From NCBI GenBank assembly GCA_021155965.1, contig JAJNBJ010000002.1, positions 260,289-324,288 on the forward strand: DNA of 64,000 bases, in the 5' to 3' direction. The translations under genes were made by a program, and so were the position numbers. Shown piece by piece: positions 1 through 9,110 of this stretch; within the stretch, counting starts at the first letter, position 1; each line of letters starts with the position of its first letter. The notes beneath the pieces were generated by a model. It ran no database searches and was not told the DNA's origin. It saw only the letters and a list, made by a program, of their open reading frames with translations. This DNA comes from Flavipsychrobacter sp. Lineage in GTDB: Bacteria > Bacteroidota > Bacteroidia > Chitinophagales > Chitinophagaceae.

Positions 1-30
1 AAGAGAATGTAGTTCATATACGGGCCTAAA

Positions 31-60
31 AGTAAAACATCCCGACCAAAGCCGGGATGT
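31..60 (-). terminator. Putative intrinsic terminator downstream of L31 gene
   Basis: 8-bp stem acatcccg/cgggatgt (37-44 / 53-60) followed on the minus strand by a short T run; lies about 28 nt after the L31 stop codon. Confidence 0.5.
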
Positions 61-87
61 TTAATTACATATGATTTCTGAAAAAAG

Positions 88-339
88 TTATGCTTTTTTC
101 TCGTAACGCTTTTTGAACTTCTCGATACGGCCAGCTGTATCTATAAACATAGACTTACCGGTATAGAACGGGTGAGAAGTGTTAGAGATTTCCACTTTTA
201 TGAGCGGGTATTCGTTGCCGTCTTCCCAAACGATCTTTTCCTTAGTGGCTGCTGTGGAGCGGGTAAGGAATGTGGTCTCGTTAGAAGTATCTTTGAATAC
301 TACGAGGCGGTATGTTTCCGGATGAATGCCTTTTTTCAT
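88..339 (-). CDS. rpmE2: 50S ribosomal protein L31, type B (no CxxC zinc motif)
   Basis: From the internal ATG at 339: [17 protein letters not shown]...SHPFYTGK, a canonical L31 N-terminus and HPFYTG motif; the longer ORF to 390 only adds 17 unconserved residues. Confidence 0.9.
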   Translation of the reverse strand: MKKGIHPETYRLVVFKDTSNETTFLTRSTAATKEKIVWEDGNEYPLIKVEISNTSHPFYTGKSMFIDTAGRIEKFKKRYEKKA

Positions 340-422
340 TATTTTTATTTTTAATGCATGGATTTTGCCATGCGTGATTGAAGGGCGCAAAGGTAGGGAT
401 TATTACCCAAATACCCAAACTA

Positions 423-956
423 TTACTGAACATACTTTTTCAGGTCGTTCTCGCCCTCTTCAGCGGTCATGTACTTGCCCAGTATCTTGCCATCGGGGCC
501 AACGAGGAAGGCCTGGGGGATGTATTGTATACCGTAGGTATTGGCGGGTACGCACTGGCCGGTGTTCCAGTCCACGAGGTCGCTCATGTGGTAAGGCCAG
601 GAAAGGCCATCAGTCTTTATGGCATCTACCCATTTACTCTTGTCCTTATCCATAGATACGCTTACTACGGTGAAGCCGCTTTTAGCGCCCTTGAACTTCT
701 TTTTTGAATACTCGTTATACATACGCACCAGGCCGGGGTTTGAGCGGCGGCACGGACCACACCATGATGCCCAGAAATCGACCAGCACATACCGACCCTG
801 GTTAATTTGTGAAAGGCGGATCTGTTTGCCTTCAGGGTTGTTGAAAGCGAGATCCGGGGCCTTTTGACCAAGTTTTATTTTAGTGTTCTCGTATTGCGCG
901 CTTGCGGAGCAGATAACGGCCAGAGACAGGGCCAGAGTTGCAAATATCTTGTTCAT
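423..956 (-). CDS. TlpA-family thiol:disulfide oxidoreductase (thioredoxin fold), secreted
   Basis: Signal peptide MNKIFATLALSLAVICSASAQ from ATG at 956; WASWCGPC active-site motif; AhpC/TSA-TlpA-like length. Confidence 0.85.
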   Translation of the reverse strand: MNKIFATLALSLAVICSASAQYENTKIKLGQKAPDLAFNNPEGKQIRLSQINQGRYVLVDFWASWCGPCRRSNPGLVRMYNEYSKKKFKGAKSGFTVVSVSMDKDKSKWVDAIKTDGLSWPYHMSDLVDWNTGQCVPANTYGIQYIPQAFLVGPDGKILGKYMTAEEGENDLKKYVQ

Positions 957-1231
957 ATATAATTCAGATGGACTGTAAATGTAAAGCAAAAATCGGACTA
1001 GGTTTTATAGGATACAGATATTTAAGGATTTTTTATAGATTATACCGATCCAATAATAAAAAATCACTATTGTCTGCGCCCGATCGCATATGGAATAACG
1101 GTCTCACATATTGTTCCGGCATACACTATAAAAATAAAATACTTATTTATACATTTACGCATAGTATTATTTGCATTTTAGCATTTACTACCATATAATA
1201 CAGCATTTTATAACACTCAAATCTTTTTATC

Positions 1232-2164
1232 ATGAAACACATTTTTTACGCACTCGTATTTTTTTCCTGTCCTGCATTGCTGCATGCTCAATCCACTATT
1301 ACACTTCGCCGGAGTTTTGTAGACAGCTTTAAAAACCGGCTGACAATTGATGCTGATTATGATGTATGGTTCTCTCATAAAAAACCAAACAAGCCTGAAA
1401 ATGACGGTGATATACATGTATCTGGATATGACCGTAAAATAGGTATGCCTTCTGTTGCTGAAATGATGAATGCTGTAGAGGAACAGGATGCCATGAAAAT
1501 GTTGATACGCCATGAAGGGAAAGGCAAGATCAACAATCCTAAAATAAGTGTTACGGGCGTATGGCGTTTATGGCCTGAGCATATGGGTGGCAACGGCAAC
1601 ACTTTTGCACAGGGGATGAAACTTACGAAAGAGGAGATCACAAAGGGCACTACAAACCCCGACCATGTGTTCGAGATCCACCCCCTGACACGCGTAGGTG
1701 ATTTTGACGTAAAGAGAACATTCCACGAGATATCCGGTTACAGCCCATACTATGCATGGTATGTGCTGGAGAAAGTAGGCAATCATACATGCGAGATCTC
1801 CTCTACCTCGAAAAAAATTTCGATAGCCACCAAGCAGATCGGGTACAACTATATAGATGCCTGGATACGTATAGATGACATAACAGACGTAAAGGATGGC
1901 GCTTTTGCAACATGCACTATACTGGACCACGACTTTGCCCGCGGCCGCAGTGTATCTGTACACAAAATTGCAGACAATGTACGCGTTGGTTTCGTGAAAG
2001 GTACGCAGCCATGGGAAGAAGCAGTGCAGGAAGGCAGGGGCTGGTTCCTGCATATTCTGGGCACATCCCGGATAAACCTTGCCGCAGTAGCAGACGCAGC
2101 AGCTAACGGCACTGCTGACTTACCACTACCTATGGAGATAATTGCAGTGGGACTTATAGACTGA
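1232..2164 (+). CDS. Hypothetical secreted protein
   Basis: 310-aa ORF with N-terminal signal peptide (MKHIFYALVFFSCPALLHAQ); no family recognised. Confidence 0.6.
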   Translation: MKHIFYALVFFSCPALLHAQSTITLRRSFVDSFKNRLTIDADYDVWFSHKKPNKPENDGDIHVSGYDRKIGMPSVAEMMNAVEEQDAMKMLIRHEGKGKINNPKISVTGVWRLWPEHMGGNGNTFAQGMKLTKEEITKGTTNPDHVFEIHPLTRVGDFDVKRTFHEISGYSPYYAWYVLEKVGNHTCEISSTSKKISIATKQIGYNYIDAWIRIDDITDVKDGAFATCTILDHDFARGRSVSVHKIADNVRVGFVKGTQPWEEAVQEGRGWFLHILGTSRINLAAVADAAANGTADLPLPMEIIAVGLID

Positions 2165-2215
2165 TCGTGGCATGGAAAATTCCTTTATTTTCGTGAAGGA
2201 ACCAACTACAACAAT

Positions 2216-2644
2216 ATGGCGGAGAAAAAATCGAAACTGGCAGAAATAAAAACCAAGCCCACTGCGGCAAGCGTGGAAGATTACATCAATAGCGTTGATG
2301 GTGAGCAAAAGCGCAAAGACAGCTTCGTGCTGCTGGAAATGATGAAAAAGGCAACAGGGGAAGAACCGGTATTATGGAGTAGCTCTATAATAGGTTTTGG
2401 CAATAAAAGATACAAAAGCCCTGCAACAGGCAGGGAGGTGGACTGGTTCCGAATAGGGTTTGCACCACGCAAAGCTAACTTGTCGCTGTACCTGACTGTA
2501 GCAATAGGGCAATATGATAAAGCCCTTGAAAAACTAGGTAAACACAAAACAGGCGGGGGCTGCCTTTACATCAATAAGCTTGCAGATGTGGACATGAAAG
2601 TACTGAAAGGTATGATTGATGCGGCTGCAAAGAAGAACTCATAA
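2216..2644 (+). CDS. DUF1801 (YdhG-like) domain protein
   Basis: 142 aa; SVEDYINSV...KRKDSFVLLEMMKK...GFGNKRYKS...LSLYL pattern typical of the YdhG/DUF1801 family. Confidence 0.7.
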   Translation: MAEKKSKLAEIKTKPTAASVEDYINSVDGEQKRKDSFVLLEMMKKATGEEPVLWSSSIIGFGNKRYKSPATGREVDWFRIGFAPRKANLSLYLTVAIGQYDKALEKLGKHKTGGGCLYINKLADVDMKVLKGMIDAAAKKNS

Positions 2645-2647
2645 GGC

Positions 2648-3205
2648 TCAGACCCTTAAAGCCCCGCGGAAACCCCGGGCTGCATAATACGATTCTGCGC
2701 CGTTGTGATACAGGAACACTGTTTCGTAACGGCGATCGCAGAATACAGCGCCTCCTAGCTTACGGATAGCTGCCGGGGTTTGCACCCAGCTCGAAGTTTT
2801 AGTATCGAATTTTCCCAACTGCTGCAGCTCACGGTATTGTTCTTCCGTAAGTATATCGATACCCATTTCTTCTGCCATATTAATGGCGCTGTCTTTGGGT
2901 TTGTGCTCTTTCCTTGCCTCCAGCGCTTCGTGGTCGTAACAAATACTTCTGCGGCCTTTGGGACTCTCTTCAGAGCAATCATAAAAAATATACTCCCCTG
3001 TCTTTTTATCATACCCAACCACATCGGGTTCGCCCCCGGTTTGCTCCATTTCATTCAGCGACCATAGTTTTTCCGTATTGGCTTCAAGACGTGTCTGCAC
3101 CTTAGCCCAATCAATGCCTTTGTGGCGGTTCGCGTTTTTTTCGAAACGCTTTTTTAGCATACCCAATAATTCGTCGCGCTGTTTGGGCGGTAGTTGCTTT
3201 TTCAT
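2648..3205 (-). CDS. DUF4256 domain protein
   Basis: 185 aa; LKKRFEKNANRHKGIDWAKVQTRLEAN..KLWSLNEMEQTGGEPDVVGYD resembles the DUF4256 family. Confidence 0.6.
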   Translation of the reverse strand: MKKQLPPKQRDELLGMLKKRFEKNANRHKGIDWAKVQTRLEANTEKLWSLNEMEQTGGEPDVVGYDKKTGEYIFYDCSEESPKGRRSICYDHEALEARKEHKPKDSAINMAEEMGIDILTEEQYRELQQLGKFDTKTSSWVQTPAAIRKLGGAVFCDRRYETVFLYHNGAESYYAARGFRGALRV

Positions 3206-3281
3206 ACAGTGTTTTTCTACTTCATTTTGAAATAGCCCCCGCCATGTTTGATGGCAGGGGCTATTTGTATCTTAGCTAAGA

Positions 3282-3824
3282 TCAATTAGCATTTGCCTGG
3301 GCCATCATTGCCACCTCCTGCTCGTAGGTGGGGCCGGCAACACTTGGCTGCTCTGCACCTATAACACGGTAGTAGGATGTAAGCTGGCCGGTATGGTAGA
3401 TCATATCATTGTGCATCATCCAGCCAATCTCGCAGAGGGGCATTTCCATTATTTGCATCGGGCCCCAGAATATTGGTGTCATCTGTGTGGCCCAGGTATT
3501 GTCATCCAATTTTTCCAATACGCTGATGAGTTTTGCGGTATTGTCTTCTACTGCTTTAGCTGCCTCAGCAGTGCTTTTATAGGTATTCGGCCCATTGATG
3601 TCAAATTTGCCTTCGTTCACCAGGTCCACCTTGCCGGCAGTAGCGCCCTGTGCCACTTCTATGGCATGAGGTGCGATATGGTTCACCAGTTCCCACGGTG
3701 AGCGGAAACTTGGGTGGTGCGTGAATGCCAGCTTCTGGGGATCGTTGGGCAGGGCCAGGATAGCTTTTGAAAGCGACGTGGCCCAGTTCTTCCACGATTT
3801 GATAAAAAATTCTTTGTTAGTCAT
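3282..3824 (-). CDS. DinB-like four-helix-bundle family protein
   Basis: 180 aa, His-containing helical pattern (HH..F.SPWELVNHIAPH.IE ... MIYHTGQL); family assignment tentative. Confidence 0.5.
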   Translation of the reverse strand: MTNKEFFIKSWKNWATSLSKAILALPNDPQKLAFTHHPSFRSPWELVNHIAPHAIEVAQGATAGKVDLVNEGKFDINGPNTYKSTAEAAKAVEDNTAKLISVLEKLDDNTWATQMTPIFWGPMQIMEMPLCEIGWMMHNDMIYHTGQLTSYYRVIGAEQPSVAGPTYEQEVAMMAQANAN

Positions 3825-3950
3825 AATTTTTATTTTTTGAAGTTAGAGATGCGTTTAACAATATAAAATTAACTGTTTTGCCAGTCTTTTCACTATTCCT
3901 TAAATTCCTGGCTCTTTGATCGCCCGTTAACCTATTGATCAATGGTTTAT

Positions 3951-4550
3951 CTAATCATCTAGTCCTTTACCCGCAAGTATCTGCGGTATGTATTGCTCTA
4001 CCCTTGCCTCACGCGTCTTTGATTGTTTGGCTTGTGAAAAATGAAACAAATATGCCCTTTGCCTGCCGGGTGTTAGCGCTTTAAAAGCTGTCCTCAGTTT
4101 AGCGCTCTTATCCAGCTTTAGCTGAAACTCCTCGGGTATATTGTATTCTTCAGTTTTCTTAAGGGGTACTTTCAGCCCTGCTTTTTCCACTTCTATAGCT
4201 TCGTACACATAGGCCTTTATAGTTTGTTTTAACTTCACAATCTCTTTTACATTTGTGAAACGCAACTGGCGGGGCACCTGCACATTTTCTGTCTGCTGAA
4301 TGAGGATACCATCGGGATCACTGAGCAATGCACCTTTGAAGAACAACAACGCACAGTATTCCTTGAACCCATGTATGAGCACTACATTCTTCTTCCCGGA
4401 TGTATAGCAGGGGCAACCCCACTTCAGTTCTTCCATCAGGCCGCCTGCCTGTCCGGCAGGCAGGCAATCAAGAATGAGTTTTCTTAGTTGCTCATACTCC
4501 TTCTGCCACTTGGTGTCTTTATTAAAAAAGAAATCAACTTTAGGGTTCAT
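3951..4550 (-). CDS. YdeI/OmpD-associated family protein (DUF1801 + YdeI C-terminal)
   Basis: 199 aa; MNPKVDFFFNK..KWQKEYEQLRKLILDC N-terminus and C-terminal LTPGRQRAYLFHFSQAKQSKTREARVE motif typical of YdeI. Confidence 0.7.
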   Translation of the reverse strand: MNPKVDFFFNKDTKWQKEYEQLRKLILDCLPAGQAGGLMEELKWGCPCYTSGKKNVVLIHGFKEYCALLFFKGALLSDPDGILIQQTENVQVPRQLRFTNVKEIVKLKQTIKAYVYEAIEVEKAGLKVPLKKTEEYNIPEEFQLKLDKSAKLRTAFKALTPGRQRAYLFHFSQAKQSKTREARVEQYIPQILAGKGLDD

Positions 4551-4559
4551 AACGCTAAT

Positions 4560-4961
4560 TTACTGGTTAACGGATGTTTTTCTGCCCGGCGGTCTTAAAT
4601 ACCACGATATTACGGTGAGCGCCAGCAAGAGCACAGCGGGAAAATTCTCACCTGCAGGATCGCCGACAGCTATATGTGAAAAGATAGCACCCGTAAGCAG
4701 AAAGAAAAAACCTGCATACGCCCATTCCTTTAACAAAGGAAATTTTGGAATAAGCAATGCTATAACCCCAAGTATTTTCCAAACACCAATTATTGTAAGA
4801 AAGTAGACGGGATAGCCCAGGTGCGTAATACCATATTCACCCGGTGGTGATAAGACACCTTCCAGTTTTACTTTTAATAACTGCTGTATACCGGTTGCCA
4901 GCATGCCTGCTGAAAGCCAGATGGTGGCTATCCAATAAATGATCTTGTTTCTCTTCGACAT
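4560..4961 (-). CDS. DoxX-like integral membrane protein
   Basis: 133 aa, four predicted TM helices, position between SRPBCC and YdeI genes as in many ArsR-headed clusters. Confidence 0.6.
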   Translation of the reverse strand: MSKRNKIIYWIATIWLSAGMLATGIQQLLKVKLEGVLSPPGEYGITHLGYPVYFLTIIGVWKILGVIALLIPKFPLLKEWAYAGFFFLLTGAIFSHIAVGDPAGENFPAVLLLALTVISWYLRPPGRKTSVNQ

Positions 4962-4967
4962 AGTGTG

Positions 4968-5432
4968 CTATTTTAATTTGCCAAGAATTTCCTGTATGCG
5001 GTTGTGCGCCATGTTTATGCCTTGCGCAAATGGCAATTGCAATACCTGGTCTCGGGTGGCAACAGACCTGTATATTACGTGCATGTTGAGCCGGCAGGTA
5101 TCTTCAGTTAGTTTTTCAAATTCCCAGAACTCGAGCTGGATACCAAAAGGTGTGCCCTCCATCTCGAATGTGCGGGTGATCTTTTGGTTGGGAACACATT
5201 CGTGTATTGTGCCGCTGAAATTATGCTTGTTGCCCTTCGGGTCGGTCGTTTCAAAATGGTAGCTGCCATGCCTTTTGCTTTCCAGCTTCAGCACTTTTGT
5301 GCCCATCCACTGCTCAACAATTTCGGGCTCCACGAACGCCCTGAACAACAATTCAAGCGGCAGGTCGAATTCCCGCGTTATCAATATTTCCTGCCTGCCA
5401 TCTTCGGCATGGATCTTTGTTTTTTGCTCCAT
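4968..5432 (-). CDS. SRPBCC (AHSA1/START-like) domain protein
   Basis: 154 aa; ITREFDLPLELLFRAFVEPEIVEQWMG pattern typical of the Aha1-like SRPBCC family; 3-nt gap from the upstream ArsR gene. Confidence 0.75.
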   Translation of the reverse strand: MEQKTKIHAEDGRQEILITREFDLPLELLFRAFVEPEIVEQWMGTKVLKLESKRHGSYHFETTDPKGNKHNFSGTIHECVPNQKITRTFEMEGTPFGIQLEFWEFEKLTEDTCRLNMHVIYRSVATRDQVLQLPFAQGINMAHNRIQEILGKLK

Positions 5433-5434
5433 AA

Positions 5435-5761
5435 CTATTGTTTTTTCGTTTTGTACTGCTGCATCACTGCTTCCAGCTTGTTGAACCTGTCATCCCACAT
5501 CTGCCGGAAGGGTTCTATAAAGTCTGCTATCTCTTTCATTTTTTTCGGATTGAGGTGGTAATAGATCTCCCTGCCGCTCTGCTCCTGTTTCAGCAACTCG
5601 CACTCGGTGAGTATCTGCAGGTGTTTGGATACCGTGGGGCGTGCAGTGTCGAAGTTTGCGGCTATGGCCCCGGCTGTCATAGATTGCGAGGCTACCAGCA
5701 TAAGGATAGCCCTTCTTGTAGGGTCTGCTATGGCCTGAAAAACATCTCGTCTCAGATTCAT
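5435..5761 (-). CDS. ArsR/SmtB-family winged-helix transcriptional regulator
   Basis: 108 aa; [17 protein letters not shown]...[28 protein letters not shown] signature. Confidence 0.85.
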   Translation of the reverse strand: MNLRRDVFQAIADPTRRAILMLVASQSMTAGAIAANFDTARPTVSKHLQILTECELLKQEQSGREIYYHLNPKKMKEIADFIEPFRQMWDDRFNKLEAVMQQYKTKKQ

Positions 5762-5762
5762 T

Positions 5763-5805
5763 ATGTAGCTATTTGACTACAAATATAATGTAGTTATTTG
5801 GCTAC
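5763..5805. promoter_or_regulatory. Tandem operator-like repeats plus -7 box upstream of the ArsR-headed cluster
   Basis: Two 18-bp direct copies ATGTAGYTATTTGRCTAC (5763-5780, 5788-5805), each with a GTAG..CTAC inverted core. Between them the minus strand reads TATATTTG (rc of 5780-5787), matching the Bacteroidota -7 consensus TAnnTTTG. Confidence 0.5.
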
Positions 5806-5966
5806 GCAAATTTTTTTGGATTTTTTTGGGAGGAAGAGAACTAGTGCCGGGTTTGAAACTGGGGTAATAGGTAGACGCTTACTTGAGTATCCGAACGCGA
5901 AAACCAAGGAAATAAATTAACTTTGAAGCAAATACACATTTTCTTTTACAAGCACCTGACTTTCAC

Positions 5967-6794
5967 ATGGGAACCTCTGGTCCAAGAAATTATAAATATT
6001 TAACGATTAAAAGATTGTATTCATTGTCTGGTAATCGTTGTGCATTTCCTAATTGTACTCAGACATTTTTGAATTCAGATGATGAAGATAATTTCTCAAA
6101 TATTTGTCATATAGAAGATGCCAACCTAAATACTCATAAAGCTGATGGGTACAATGCACAAATGACAAATGCCGAAAGATCCGACTATAAAAACCTCATT
6201 TTACTATGCCCTAATCATCATATTGAGACAAATGACCCAGAAAAATACCCAGCAGACGTTTTACGAAAAATGAAGCGGGATCATGAAAATAAAATGGATG
6301 CATCTAATAACGGATTAACTCTTTCAAAGAACCCCTCAATTATTAGCCAAGTTGTAAATCAAATTGGGACTACACTACTAGCCGGAAATTCTGAGGCTGA
6401 TAATAGTAATGCACCCAAAACAGAAGAGAAAATTCAATTTAACAATATCGTTAGGTATAAACCATTGATCGAGGAGTATAGCGCTTTTCAAGGTAAACTT
6501 AATAGTGTTTATGAAGAAATTGAAAAACAAGGTTCTAGTAAAAAAGATTTTCTACTGCAAAATATTAGGACATTATATTTAAAGGAGAAAGGCAAGTATT
6601 TTGACATTCATGAGATTAGAGCAAACGCAGACACAATTTTTGAAAGCATCGAAAATGAAATTTGGAAGGTACTTGAAAATAGCAATAATTTCAATAAGGA
6701 CTTACCAATTGAAGCATTAAATACATCGGTTATGGTAATTATGGTTGATGCTTTTATGAGATGTAAAATACTTGAAGAACCAACTAATAAATGA
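5967..6794 (+). CDS. HNH-nuclease-domain effector protein of an ABC-3C-like three-gene system
   Basis: 275 aa; N-terminal CAFPNC...ICHIEDANLN...NLILLCPNHHIETND (HNH/ββα-Me motif), helical C-terminal half; AT-rich; stop overlaps the next start (ATGA). Confidence 0.75.
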   Translation: MGTSGPRNYKYLTIKRLYSLSGNRCAFPNCTQTFLNSDDEDNFSNICHIEDANLNTHKADGYNAQMTNAERSDYKNLILLCPNHHIETNDPEKYPADVLRKMKRDHENKMDASNNGLTLSKNPSIISQVVNQIGTTLLAGNSEADNSNAPKTEEKIQFNNIVRYKPLIEEYSAFQGKLNSVYEEIEKQGSSKKDFLLQNIRTLYLKEKGKYFDIHEIRANADTIFESIENEIWKVLENSNNFNKDLPIEALNTSVMVIMVDAFMRCKILEEPTNK

Positions 6795-7024
6795 TAGTCG
6801 ATAAAAATGTAACGCCTGATAGAGACCTGTACTTCTTAGGAAGTATTGTAATAGAAATCCTCATTGCCCGGAAAGAAACAAAAATTGACTATTTTGAGCT
6901 ATACAATAAAATGAATCATGAACACGAAATTAGTATAAACTTATTTACCTTGGTTCTAGATTGGCTTTTCATAGTTGGGGTCATCAAAAATGCGGAAAAT
7001 GGAATGATCGAAAAATGTTTTTAA
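6791..7024 (+). CDS. Small helical middle component of ABC-3C-like system
   Basis: 77 aa; ATG overlaps the upstream stop; 10-nt overlap with the downstream ATPase start; pattern DLYFLGSIVIEIL...FTLVLDWLFIVGVI resembles ABC-three-component middle components. Confidence 0.6.
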   Translation: MIVDKNVTPDRDLYFLGSIVIEILIARKETKIDYFELYNKMNHEHEISINLFTLVLDWLFIVGVIKNAENGMIEKCF

Positions 7025-8718
7025 AAACGCTGAAAATATCGAACGGAGAAATTACCATCAATGAAATCACCTTCCACAAAGGGATTAATTTGATTGTAGA
7101 TGAAACTCCAGAAAAACCCACGCCAAAATCAACCGGAAATAATGTTGGCAAGACCACTGTATTGCGGCTTGTCGATTATTGTTTTGGTGGAGATGGGAAA
7201 AATATTTTTCAAGATACTGAATTCAAAAAACAGCCCAACACGACTGTAGAAAATTTCCTAAAGAATAATAATATAATAGTAACTATCGAATTGGTATCTA
7301 ACATTGATACTTCCGATTCCGAAAGTGTGACAATTAAAAAAAATTTCTTACAAAGAAGCAAAAAGATCCAAGAAATTAATGGTGAGAATATACTCAACGA
7401 TAAGGAATTTGATAAAAAACTTAAAGAACTAATTTTTAAAACTAACGTAGACAAGCCGACGTTCCGTCAGATAATATCCAAAAACATACGAGATGAGAAG
7501 AATAAAATGAATAACATCGTTAAGGTTTTAAATTCATATGCATCAAGTGAGGTCTATGAGGCGTTGTATTTATTTTGGCTAGGTATTGAAACTGATAACC
7601 TTGAAGAGAAACAAAAATTATCCGAAAGCAAAAAAAAAGAAGAACAGTTTCAAAAAAGGCTTAAGAAAGAAGGTGAATTGTCGCTGATACTTCAACAATT
7701 CACCTTTGTCAATGGCAAATTGGAGGAACTTAATAAAAAGAAAAAATTATTTGTAGTAAATGAAAATTATGGCGAAGAGATAGAAGAATTAAATAAAGTT
7801 AAGCTACAGCAAAATGCAAGCGCAACCTTATTAGGCAGGCTTGAAGTTAGAAGAGAATTAATTTTGGAAAGCAAATCTGATTTAGAAAAAGAATACTCTA
7901 AAATAGATGCTTCGCAAATCAAATTTTTATACAGCAAAGCGGAATCATTAATACCCAATTTGCAAGTCACTTTTGAAGACACATTGAAATTTCACAACGA
8001 CTTAATAAGCGAAAAAATAACGTATATAACAAAAGAACTCCCAGAACTGGAAAAATCAATAAATAAAACCAAGAATGAATTAAAAGCCTTACAACGTCAA
8101 GAAAAACTACTAACGATATCAATAGAAAAGTCTGGTTTTACCGACGATTTAGAATTAATAATCGTAGACCTGAATAAGTTATATGAAAAAAAGGGAAGCC
8201 TTGAGGAAAAGAAGCGACTTTGGGAGACATCATTGAACAAGTTGGCTGCAATTGAAACCGACTTACAATCTATTAACGATAACATTATTTCAAAAGACAG
8301 CATCATTCAAAGTAGAATCACTCATTTTAATAATTTTTTCTCTGAATTATCCAATGAGCTTTACGGTGAATATTATTTGTTAAGTACTCAACAAACTGAA
8401 AAAGGGTATGATTTGATAGTAACAAATATTGAAGGTAACCCAAGCACCGGCAAAAAAAAGGGGCAAATTGCAGCCTTTGATTTTGCATACATTAAATTTG
8501 CCGACTCGCTTGACATAAATTGCTTACATTTTGTAATGCACGATCAATTAGAAAATATTCATGATAATCAACTTAATACGATAATAGCAGTTGCCAATAA
8601 TATTAATGGGCAATATATCGTTCCCATATTAAGAGATAAAATTCCATCTAATATCGATATTAGTGAATTCGAAGTAATATCTCTTTCTCAAGAAAAGAAG
8701 TTATTTAAAATTCCGTAG
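7015..8718 (+). CDS. ABC/SMC-like ATPase with coiled-coil insertion (DUF2326-type)
   Basis: 567 aa from ATG 7015 (MFLKTLKISNGE..); Walker A TGNNVGKTT; about 250 aa of E/K/L-rich coiled coil; C-terminal GKKKGQIAAFDFAY and LHFVMHDQ (signature and Walker-B-like). Confidence 0.8.
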   Translation: MFLKTLKISNGEITINEITFHKGINLIVDETPEKPTPKSTGNNVGKTTVLRLVDYCFGGDGKNIFQDTEFKKQPNTTVENFLKNNNIIVTIELVSNIDTSDSESVTIKKNFLQRSKKIQEINGENILNDKEFDKKLKELIFKTNVDKPTFRQIISKNIRDEKNKMNNIVKVLNSYASSEVYEALYLFWLGIETDNLEEKQKLSESKKKEEQFQKRLKKEGELSLILQQFTFVNGKLEELNKKKKLFVVNENYGEEIEELNKVKLQQNASATLLGRLEVRRELILESKSDLEKEYSKIDASQIKFLYSKAESLIPNLQVTFEDTLKFHNDLISEKITYITKELPELEKSINKTKNELKALQRQEKLLTISIEKSGFTDDLELIIVDLNKLYEKKGSLEEKKRLWETSLNKLAAIETDLQSINDNIISKDSIIQSRITHFNNFFSELSNELYGEYYLLSTQQTEKGYDLIVTNIEGNPSTGKKKGQIAAFDFAYIKFADSLDINCLHFVMHDQLENIHDNQLNTIIAVANNINGQYIVPILRDKIPSNIDISEFEVISLSQEKKLFKIP

Positions 8719-8815
8719 ATCGTCGTTTCCGCACGTGTGGGTCTTATTTTCTGACCAACAAGGTCGTGTAAGACAATCCCCCACTAGCCCAAAGCGTCAC
8801 GCTTTGTCTAGCCAA

Positions 8816-8879
8816 ATTGCAAACCCCGCCTGAGATGCCCGCCAACCTGGCGCAAAGTTTTTCCACTTCTCGCTCCCCG
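8816..8879. repeat. GC-rich non-coding module A (copy 1)
   Basis: attgcaaaccccgcc...ctggcgcaaagtttttccacttctcgctccccg aligns by hand with 58534-58593 (same orientation), roughly two-thirds identity with small gaps. Confidence 0.5.
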
Positions 8880-9003
8880 CACTCTTTCTCCGCACGCTTA
8901 CCACCGTCTCGCTTTTCTGGCATACTTTTTGCTGCATTATATAGCACGCCGCAAACGGCTGTAACCTGCTACCGGCGCGCATTTTGGCAGTTCTTTGTTT
9001 ACT

Positions 9004-9026
9004 GGAAATTATACCTTTTTTACACG
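9004..9026. repeat. Partial homologue of the islet-3 inverted repeat
   Basis: ggaattataccttttttacac-type stretch (ggaaattataccttttttacac) resembles the reverse complement of 55351-55372 (ggaaattatatttttccaccac). Confidence 0.35.
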
Positions 9027-9033
9027 CTAAACA

Positions 9034-9110
9034 GGGTATAATAATACCTTTTTAGGGTATAATAATACCTTTTGGGGGTATAAATATACCCTTTTATACC
9101 CCTTTATACC
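9034..9110. repeat. Iteron-like array of GGTATA..TATACC palindromes, 21-bp period (module B, copy 1)
   Basis: gggtataataatacc at 9034 and 9055, gggtataaatataccc at 9076 (exact 21-bp spacing), then ttatacccc/ttatacc half sites. Homology to rc of 55090-55220 continues to about 9160. Confidence 0.8.

Noticed and set aside
8744-9041. Three 60-75-aa ORFs in the GC-rich spacer after the ABC-3C cassette
   Set aside because: They overlap each other on both strands, give Arg/Ser/Ala-rich products, and coincide with non-coding modules shared with islet 3. An ncRNA cannot be excluded, but I cannot fold a convincing one by eye.
9034-9110. CRISPR array hypothesis for the 21-bp-periodic repeats
   Set aside because: The repeat units of about 15 bp are separated by only 5-6 bp, so there are no spacer-sized unique segments. 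No cas genes are present, and the same array recurs inverted at 55142-55220.
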